Source: Candidatus Thorarchaeota archaeon
Lineage (GTDB): Archaea; Asgardarchaeota; Thorarchaeia; Thorarchaeales; Thorarchaeaceae
Length of the DNA stretch: 15,783 nucleotides
Direction of reading: 5' to 3'
Assembly: GCA_016839605.1 (NCBI GenBank)
Contig: JAEOTX010000235.1
Span: forward strand, 1 to 15,783
The translations under genes were made by a program, and so were the position numbers. Positions within the stretch are counted from its first letter, which is position 1; each line of letters begins with the position of its first letter. The notes under the pieces are model-generated. The model had not been told where the DNA came from. It saw nothing but the letters and a program-made list of their open reading frames with translations, and did no database searches. Positions 8,268 to 14,793 of the stretch are shown one piece after another.

Positions 8268-9587
8268 CTACCCATGAACGGCGGTTGTGGTTGAGGCATT
8301 GTCCTTAAATGAATCATCAAGGATGCCCCAACCTGTCTTCTCCATAAGATAGAAGATGATGGAAGATGCCGTGTCATGGATGTGTTTCATCCTAGCCTGA
8401 ATGTCTTTGGCTGTAACTCTGTATCGCGCCAAATACTGTGGAGCAGTTGTTGGGAGATTGAAGAAGGAACAGACGACATAGGCCACTCCTTCTGCGTCAA
8501 CTTCTCTCAAGTGCTTAGGTGAAACCATCCTGAGCTTAGAGGACTGCTTCGGCCCGTCCCAGTGGACGAACTCATGAGCGACCTCGTGAACCATGATTGA
8601 GAGCTGTTGATTGATGGAGCAATCGTTGCTGATATGGATCTCACGTCCAGCCGCGTAGCCCCCAGCATCAAGGAGCTTGGCGAAGTCGTACTTGATTCCG
8701 TGCTCATCGCAGAAGGTCTTCATCGCCTCAAGGAAAACAAGACCCTCTTCTCCCTCAATATCTGGAACGTTCAGTCCCTCTGGAATAGGCTCTCCCTCTG
8801 TCTGTGAGATATCATAAACAGGCAGAGCAAGAAATCCATTCAACACCTTGTCCTCTACCCACTCGCCCAGCTCCTTATCGAACTCTCGGACCTTCTTGAA
8901 TCGAGGACCTAGAATGATTATCGGCTTCTCTCCCCACTTCACATGGCGTCCAAGAGAGTTCCACTTGCGCTCGCCTGTAACAAGGGTTGCGTGTGGACAC
9001 TGAATCAGTATTGAGACCGTGTTGTTCCAAGAGTACTTTTTGAAGCCGTTAACAAACTTGAGCAACTGCCCGAAGCCCTCGCTATCACGCTCCGCCTGGG
9101 TGGCCTCGGCCAGTCGCTCTATAGCCTGCTTGGGACTGTCCCTGACCTCCTTCCACCACCTCCGGCGGGCTCCCTCTGGGACCTCGGGTACGTCATACAC
9201 GATGCCCTTTGCTAGAGCTGACAGGAAGTCGGCTAAGTCGTCCCTGTGATAGAGCCTAGCCTGCCATGTGTACAGCTCCCAGCACCCCTCGAACTTGTTC
9301 CATCCGAAGTGCATCCTCTTCAAGATATCTCGGACCCACTCAGCCGGCTTGCGTTGGAACATGACCTCGAACCTCTGGGAGTCGGGGTTGTAGGTGATGG
9401 CTGAGGGGACCAAACGCGCATGATCGTCTAGGACTGTCTTCCCTGTGAAGCCCTCTGTTGCCTGTTCAAGAAGGGCCTCCATCTCCAAGGTCAGAGGGGT
9501 CTTCTCTGAGATCGGAACGGGCTGTGAGGTGGTGTGGTGTGCATGCTCCATCACACCAGCCTCCTTGCTGTAGTCGGTGTCTGTCAT
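8268..9587 (-). CDS. ArdC-like polyvalent protein: ssDNA-binding ArdC-N (DUF1738-like) domain plus zincin-like metallopeptidase
   Basis: FKKYSWNNTVSILIQCPHATLVTGERKWNSLGRHVKWGEKPIIILGP...VYDISQTEGEP matches ArdC-N. HEVAHEFVH...REVDAEGVAYVVC is a HExxH peptidase signature. There is an extra N-terminal domain. Confidence 0.88.
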   Translation of the reverse strand: MTDTDYSKEAGVMEHAHHTTSQPVPISEKTPLTLEMEALLEQATEGFTGKTVLDDHARLVPSAITYNPDSQRFEVMFQRKPAEWVRDILKRMHFGWNKFEGCWELYTWQARLYHRDDLADFLSALAKGIVYDVPEVPEGARRRWWKEVRDSPKQAIERLAEATQAERDSEGFGQLLKFVNGFKKYSWNNTVSILIQCPHATLVTGERKWNSLGRHVKWGEKPIIILGPRFKKVREFDKELGEWVEDKVLNGFLALPVYDISQTEGEPIPEGLNVPDIEGEEGLVFLEAMKTFCDEHGIKYDFAKLLDAGGYAAGREIHISNDCSINQQLSIMVHEVAHEFVHWDGPKQSSKLRMVSPKHLREVDAEGVAYVVCSFFNLPTTAPQYLARYRVTAKDIQARMKHIHDTASSIIFYLMEKTGWGILDDSFKDNASTTTAVHG

Positions 9588-9609
9588 GTCCCTATATAGC
9601 CGAGGCCGC

Positions 9610-9617
9610 TATTTAAG
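9610..9617 (-). promoter_or_regulatory. TATA-like box for the ArdC-like gene
   Basis: CTTAAATA on the minus strand 23-30 bp before the ATG at 9587, consistent with leaderless archaeal spacing. Confidence 0.45.
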
Positions 9618-9914
9618 CTCAGATAGAAATAAATGCTTATACCACAGTCGCGGTTTATGTATCTTTTATTAGAGATGTGAAGATATATCACTGTAGATAG
9701 CAATCATCTGCGAGATTTCCCTTGGTTCCTAATTAGAGTCGAGTTTGATGTGATAATCTGATGATGACTTAGCAATCTGCAGAAATGGGCGAAGATGACT
9801 AATCACTGTAGAGTCCGCTCATAGTATAAGTCTGTTCTTCAGTGGCAATACAAGTTTAAACGGCAGTCTAAGTTTAGGGACCTCTTTAAATTGTACCAAG
9901 AACAACCATCTGGT

Positions 9915-10784
9915 ATGCCAGAAGAGAGAATACCCATAGTCATTAATCCCAGAATCGAAGACCTTCAATCGGGTAAAGTGAAGAACCCCAAGATTATCTC
10001 AGTCACAACCACCACTTTTGGCGGGGTCGGAGAGGACAGACAGGTCAGGTATCACACACGATGGGCACCCCAGTACTCTGGTCCTAGTAAGGGTGAAACG
10101 TTCTACGTGGATGGTGAGTACGATTCGGGGATGCGGGTTGAGATAATGATGCCGTGGGTGGTTCCCAAGCCTCATAAGCTCAAGGCCAGTGAGGCAGCGG
10201 GAATCATCTTCAACAAGAGTCCCTACAGGTTCCTACGGATGTATGGGAGCAGAGACTCCGATTCATATGAGATGGTACATGTCGCGGTAGCGAGGGATGG
10301 TGAAGGTGACATCATCCATCAGGTGTTCTCTGACCCAGAGGATTCAGAACTCTGGACTTTGTTGACGAAGCTCATTGATGAAGAAGACATCTCAATCATT
10401 GGAATCTATTCTGTGAGGCCGAAGCTCTATTCAGGTAAGCACTATCTTGCCGTTGGGAAGGATTCAGATGGAAGGCCAATACACAGACTATATGACAGTC
10501 CTGAGAGTGCGAAGAGGCCCTCCCGATGGAGCTTCGATGTCGAAGAAGTCTATCATGTGGATCCATTTGAGGATGCTATTCCAAGGAACCCTCAGATTCC
10601 CACGAGGATATTCGAGATTGCGCGAAAGAACAGTATGTTCGAACGATACAGACTGTATCTATTGCTGGAAGACGTCGCTAGGGGAAGAACAGCTGAAAAA
10701 CTATTGAAGGGCTTTAGTCCAAAATGGATAGAGAAGGCTTGGCACGCCCATGCTGGTGAGGAGGAGAAGCCTCCCAGCATTTAG
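9915..10784 (+). CDS. Hypothetical soluble protein (~290 aa) of the element
   Basis: Long ORF (track 9891-10784). ATG at 9915 (MPEERIP) lies ~25 bp after CTTTAAAT at 9884-9891 and is the likelier start. No family recognised. Confidence 0.75.
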   Translation: MPEERIPIVINPRIEDLQSGKVKNPKIISVTTTTFGGVGEDRQVRYHTRWAPQYSGPSKGETFYVDGEYDSGMRVEIMMPWVVPKPHKLKASEAAGIIFNKSPYRFLRMYGSRDSDSYEMVHVAVARDGEGDIIHQVFSDPEDSELWTLLTKLIDEEDISIIGIYSVRPKLYSGKHYLAVGKDSDGRPIHRLYDSPESAKRPSRWSFDVEEVYHVDPFEDAIPRNPQIPTRIFEIARKNSMFERYRLYLLLEDVARGRTAEKLLKGFSPKWIEKAWHAHAGEEEKPPSI

Positions 10785-11056
10785 TCAATAAGATAAGTCA
10801 GTTCATTTCCAGTGATTTTATGGGGGTTTATATGCCCAAGCAAGAAACAGCAAGATACATTCGATTCTGAAAGGAGTCGTGTGCTGTCATAGGTCGGAAG
10901 GATTGTTCTGCAGTTCTTTCGGCCGCTATATTCATTCTGTCATCTCCAAAATCAGCATTCATGCATTGCTTGCTTCTTCTGCTTTTCAGCTGCCTTATCC
11001 TCAGTTGTCATCTTCATCAAACCGAGCAGCATTTCCAAAGATTAGTTTTGCGACAC

Positions 11057-11479
11057 TCACCAGAGGCCATCATAAGAGGATTTCAGATATTCCTCAATCT
11101 TGGTGAGATTGTCTGGCACTTCTGGCAGTTCCACCATCTCCACTTCGAGATTGAAACCTGGATTGCTCCTCTTGTATTTCGCAATCTTGTCATCGATGGT
11201 TTCAGCCTTAGGCTTTGTTTCAATCTCATAGATTCTGCTATCAATCAGATCAATGACATCAGCCTTGCCTCCTTGGATTCTGGCCTCGGTGACATAGTTA
11301 CCCTCAGCATCGAGGATCAACTTTGCGATTGCTGCCTTCACAAGGAAGTGTTTCATAGTTTCACTTCCAGGATTGTGTCTGACCACGTTCATGTTGTGGT
11401 TCCAGTTGCCAATCTGAATCTTGTTCACTCGTTTCAAGTGGTTGAGTTCTTGAATCTCAAGTCTTGATAGTCTCACCAT
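11057..11479 (-). CDS. Small PD-(D/E)XK (restriction-endonuclease-fold, CoiA-like) nuclease
   Basis: SETMKHFLVK (ESxxHxxxK-like), TE..I.GGKADVID and IYEIETK (ExE variant). Strong SD GAGGTGAT at 11486-11493. Confidence 0.65.
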   Translation of the reverse strand: MVRLSRLEIQELNHLKRVNKIQIGNWNHNMNVVRHNPGSETMKHFLVKAAIAKLILDAEGNYVTEARIQGGKADVIDLIDSRIYEIETKPKAETIDDKIAKYKRSNPGFNLEVEMVELPEVPDNLTKIEEYLKSSYDGLW

Positions 11480-11491
11480 TTTCTAATCACC

Positions 11492-11580
11492 TCATTCCAT
11501 GTATCTAAGAAGGCCCTGTCGCTCTGTTCGCCTCACAGTGCCAACATGACACTGTACTGTACACTGTCTACAGCCTGAGT
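11492..11580 (-). pseudogene. Orphan 3' end of a paralog/allele of the radical-SAM-like gene
   Basis: Translates SGCRQCTVQCHVGTVRRTERQGLLRYME*, versus SGCRQCTVQCHVGTVRRAEKQGLLRYMTGDSR* at the end of the 14794-15783 ORF. Its stop overlaps the SD of the nuclease gene. Confidence 0.9.
11498..11580. repeat. Imperfect direct repeat, copy A (83 bp; identical core 11559-11580)
   Basis: Ungapped alignment to 14812-14894 (offset 3314) gives 71/83 identical. The core GTACACTGTCTACAGCCTGAGT is 22/22 identical. Confidence 0.95.
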
Positions 11581-11870
11581 CGTCGGAATTCGGGGAATAC
11601 TCCTGACGGCCCTAATATTCCAGTTATGGGTCTATGTTTAGCCTGCTGGTTCATCATCAACAAGTGCCACCTTCCAAAACTCACTTGGAGAGGATCCAAG
11701 TATCCCTTCCTTAATTCGTCTAGCGGCTTGAACTGTTGTATCATAATAGACATACATGGATCCTGCTTGATGCAGGGCTATTGACATGTCAGTATGCTAG
11801 ATCCTGCATGACAAGCAGTGGTCGAAATTAGTGAAATCCTGGTGGAAAGGGGTTTTTGAGGACCTTTGCT
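11581..11870 (-). pseudogene. Degraded GNAT-family acetyltransferase fragment, truncated at the repeat junction
   Basis: One frame gives ...ILGSSPSEFWKVALVDDEPAG*. After a frameshift the next frame gives RPITGILGPSGVFPEFRR, resembling GNAT motif A (GxxGVxPEyRxxGxG), cut just before the Gly loop. The upstream boundary is approximate. Confidence 0.55.
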
Positions 11871-12103
11871 CCACCGAAACCCAACCACCATCAATAGATA
11901 GTTGATCTACACGATTTATGCATTACCATTTAATCTCGATTGTAATGGATTGGAAACAGCCCTCTTCTGAGAAGCACCTCTAATAGGGAAATGGGTGAGG
12001 GCTATTCGACCTCACTCTTGGTTAGCATGGTATATTGTCTAGGACAAGTCCATAAAACCTTGTAACTCAGGTTATTGCATCCATGGTGCATTGATCGTTG
12101 TCA

Positions 12104-12754
12104 CTAATAAAATGCCCACGATATTCGTGTCACCTCTAGGCTTGCTGCGTCACTGCCTGTGTAGCTGTTGCACTGAGCAGCATTTTTCAACGTCAACTGA
12201 AACTTCACGCAAGCATAATAGGTATTGCCTTCCAATAGAGTATAACCGCCAGTCATTGACCACTTATCATCGTAGGAGAAAGCTTCAGTGTCTGCATATG
12301 TGTCACTGTGACCTATAGATTCATGATAGATTGTATAGTAATCCTTTTCATTCATGTTTGAGTCACATATCACTACCGACACAGTAACAGCTGCATAAGC
12401 AGGCCAAAAGCCTGTCGCTAGTTTGACTGATAAAGATCCAGTGAATCCAATCATAATATGATAATCATCACCAGGAACAACTTCAACGCCCAACCACATT
12501 TTGCCATAGTTATAATCAGCCCACCAAGGAGAATACCCCTCGTCTTCCATGTCCCCATTCGTCTTACTAACAACAACTTCGTGATTATCATGGTGCCATT
12601 TCTTCTGTTTATCAAAGGGCAGGTTTTGATAGGCAGCAATAGCGAATCCCTCTTCAGCGGTTGGTTGAGTCCCAATGACACCAATAGAAATCTGGCTCAA
12701 TGGCATCAGGGCAAACAGAAACAATATCAAAGCGATCTTAGCATTTCTTTCCAT
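12104..12754 (-). CDS. Secreted beta-rich hypothetical protein
   Basis: N-terminal signal-like segment (MERNAKIALILFLFALMP), aromatic beta-strand pattern, three Cys, and a perfect SD GGAGGTGA at 12761-12768. Confidence 0.8.
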   Translation of the reverse strand: MERNAKIALILFLFALMPLSQISIGVIGTQPTAEEGFAIAAYQNLPFDKQKKWHHDNHEVVVSKTNGDMEDEGYSPWWADYNYGKMWLGVEVVPGDDYHIMIGFTGSLSVKLATGFWPAYAAVTVSVVICDSNMNEKDYYTIYHESIGHSDTYADTEAFSYDDKWSMTGGYTLLEGNTYYACVKFQLTLKNAAQCNSYTGSDAASLEVTRISWAFY

Positions 12755-12795
12755 ATTTTCTCACCTCCAGTACTTACTCTGCTAAGATAGAAACC

Positions 12796-12979
12796 CCGAT
12801 ACATCCCCAGCCATATATACTGCACAGGTTTTATTTAAACCATCTGCTCTTTTTTGGTTCACTTTTTTGGAGGGGTGCGTTCAATGCAGAAGTAGATATT
12901 GCAGATTTACAATGGTGTGGTCAGATTGGAACTGATCTTAGCAGTGTCGGACCCATACATAGCTTTTGGGATGTATCGG
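12796..12979. repeat. 12-bp perfect inverted repeat pair (12796-12807 / 12968-12979)
   Basis: CCGATACATCCC and GGGATGTATCGG are separated by 160 bp that contain AT-rich TATA-like boxes. Confidence 0.8.
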
Positions 12980-13056
12980 TCTGATTCTCCTCTCTGACCA
13001 CGAATACATATTCCTTATGCTTTGATATTAATCTTAGTATCTAAAGAAAGGTCTTC

Positions 13057-13073
13057 TATAAGAAATTCTTATA
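13057..13073. promoter_or_regulatory. 17-bp palindrome, candidate operator upstream of the membrane protein gene
   Basis: TATAAGAA-A-TTCTTATA, located ~35 bp before the GTG at 13108 and next to TTTATATAA (13085-13093). Confidence 0.4.
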
Positions 13074-13107
13074 ATCTTCATAACTTTATATAATTAGAGG
13101 CTAGATT

Positions 13108-14529
13108 GTGGACGGAAACGGAGCAACAAAGTCATTGCGAGCAATCTTTAGGAGCATTCCAAGGAGTAACCTGCTTTATTGGGGATTGGCCTCACTCATA
13201 TCTGTAATTGGAGCTTTGCTCACTCTTCCCGGTGTAGTTTACACAGAAATATCATCTTTTGAACTTGCGATGAGAACTATTAATGTTGTTGCATATGCTT
13301 TTACGCTTTCAATACCTTTCCTCATTGGGGCTAGTGTCTTACTCACCACAGAAGACTCGCACAAGAGCTTTGTCGATCTTTCAATGAGTGGCACTACACA
13401 TAGAGGAATGTACACATCATGCTTCATTCTCCTCCTTATGTTATGTTCCTCTTTCACAGTCCTTTTGACAGTTGGGTCTTTCATATTATCTCAGTTAGCT
13501 AGTAGCCTCTTTATGCTGCAATATATTCTAGGAACTGCCATTGCTGCCATATTGATGACAGTCCTTCTTTGCCCGATGGGAGTGTTGCTGGCGGTAGTAT
13601 TTGACGACTGGAAGACTTCAACTGGCTTTGGTTGTGGACTGTTCTTAGCTGTGGCATTCACAACGGGGATGCCGAGCTCACCAGCAAGATATACTGAATT
13701 AGTATTCTTAGGTCCTGCTCAGTATTTCAGAGCACTTGCAGCTTCATTATCTGGAATAGAGTTTCCCTCAGCATTGGAGATGATAAATCACTTCGGAGTC
13801 TACTTCACTCTGGAGTCACTCATTGTGCCTACAATCGTGATTATTCTGCTCTCGGTGCTTTCACTATGGACATCGAACAGGGTCTTTAAACAGAATATTC
13901 AGGTCTGGTGCTTTGACCATGATCCATGGGGGAGCCAACATCTGGATGAAACACAGCTAACTGGTCAACCCCCTCGAGAGATGCTTGAAAGGGCGAGAAC
14001 CATCAAAAAGAAGCGAAAGCAACTTAGACGATATGCGATGGCTATATTGGTCCTAGGGATATTCCTCATTCCCACCGCAGGGTATGGCTATACGGTCTAT
14101 AGAGAAACAAGTGACACGACCCTTCTATACCAGAACCAACATTCGCTCCCGATTGGTCAGTGGCTCTACGGCGAGTTCTCCGCCACACGGCCGCAATGGC
14201 CTCTCAGTCTGATGGTACGTTATGAGATTAGTGTTTTGGATTGGAATGGGTGTCCGGATAGTCTAATTCGTCAACATGGCTGTCAGATGTTGACATTTGA
14301 AGAATTCGGAACCCTAAATGACACCGAACGTTGGAATGCAGGATATGCCATGGGAAGTGGCTTGGTAAATCCAGAAACTAGAGATGAAGGCTCGTATGGT
14401 GTCAATCTCTCTAATGAGTCGTCCTACATGGTCTGGGCGTTAAGGTTTGTTGATTCCAATTGGAATATTACCTCAGGCGTTCTTACGTTCTCAATTTCAG
14501 TTTATTTGCAGGTGTTTTCCCCTAATTAG
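13108..14529 (+). CDS. Polytopic membrane protein, ABC-2 permease-like N-terminal half plus C-terminal extracytoplasmic domain
   Basis: Six TM segments in an ABC-2-like arrangement, a basic loop (KKKRKQLRR), a seventh TM, then a beta-rich soluble domain with two Cys. No ATPase partner is present in the window. Confidence 0.7.
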   Translation: MDGNGATKSLRAIFRSIPRSNLLYWGLASLISVIGALLTLPGVVYTEISSFELAMRTINVVAYAFTLSIPFLIGASVLLTTEDSHKSFVDLSMSGTTHRGMYTSCFILLLMLCSSFTVLLTVGSFILSQLASSLFMLQYILGTAIAAILMTVLLCPMGVLLAVVFDDWKTSTGFGCGLFLAVAFTTGMPSSPARYTELVFLGPAQYFRALAASLSGIEFPSALEMINHFGVYFTLESLIVPTIVIILLSVLSLWTSNRVFKQNIQVWCFDHDPWGSQHLDETQLTGQPPREMLERARTIKKKRKQLRRYAMAILVLGIFLIPTAGYGYTVYRETSDTTLLYQNQHSLPIGQWLYGEFSATRPQWPLSLMVRYEISVLDWNGCPDSLIRQHGCQMLTFEEFGTLNDTERWNAGYAMGSGLVNPETRDEGSYGVNLSNESSYMVWALRFVDSNWNITSGVLTFSISVYLQVFSPN

Positions 14530-14716
14530 AATGATGTGCTAAAGCAGAGAGATTTCAGCTACATGCTTCGTAGCGAGTTTGGTTATCATGAGGATCTCTT
14601 GTCCTAACAGACTGTCTTGCAATCCAGAGACATTGGTTTCAAGAAGGACCTGAACGACCCCGCCCACCCCTATCATCAACATCGTAGCAACGAGTCCCAA
14701 TCCCAGCCACAGTATT

Positions 14717-14743
14717 CTGTTATGGTCCGTGTGCCTATAACAG
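14717..14743. terminator. Hairpin between convergent genes
   Basis: CTGTTAT...ATAACAG 7-bp stem (14717-14723 / 14737-14743) about 50 bp downstream of the 14794 stop. Confidence 0.35.
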
Positions 14744-14793
14744 GGAATGTGTCATGAATTACGGTGTCTACTGGAATACTATTGGACCTAGCA

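Noticed and set aside
9930-9960. Peptide deformylase-like INPRI motif in the 290-aa protein
   Set aside because: The EGCLS and HExDH motifs are absent.
10879-11467. Plus-strand ORFs of 75 aa and 168 aa
   Set aside because: They are antisense shadows of the nuclease gene, which has a strong SD and recognisable motifs.
11619-11636. Extension of the repeat (TCCAGTTATGG vs TCCAGTTGTGG at 14934)
   Set aside because: It is a short 14/18 match off by one base, separated from the core by non-matching sequence, and it lies in the GNAT-like remnant. Probably chance.
11581-12050. Group I intron (GAATTCGGGGAA resembles the P element; ATGGTATATTGTCT loosely resembles S)
   Set aside because: No complementary Q or recognisable R/P7 sequence was found, it is antisense to the interrupted gene, and the P-like stretch is explained by GNAT codons (FPEF) on the other strand.
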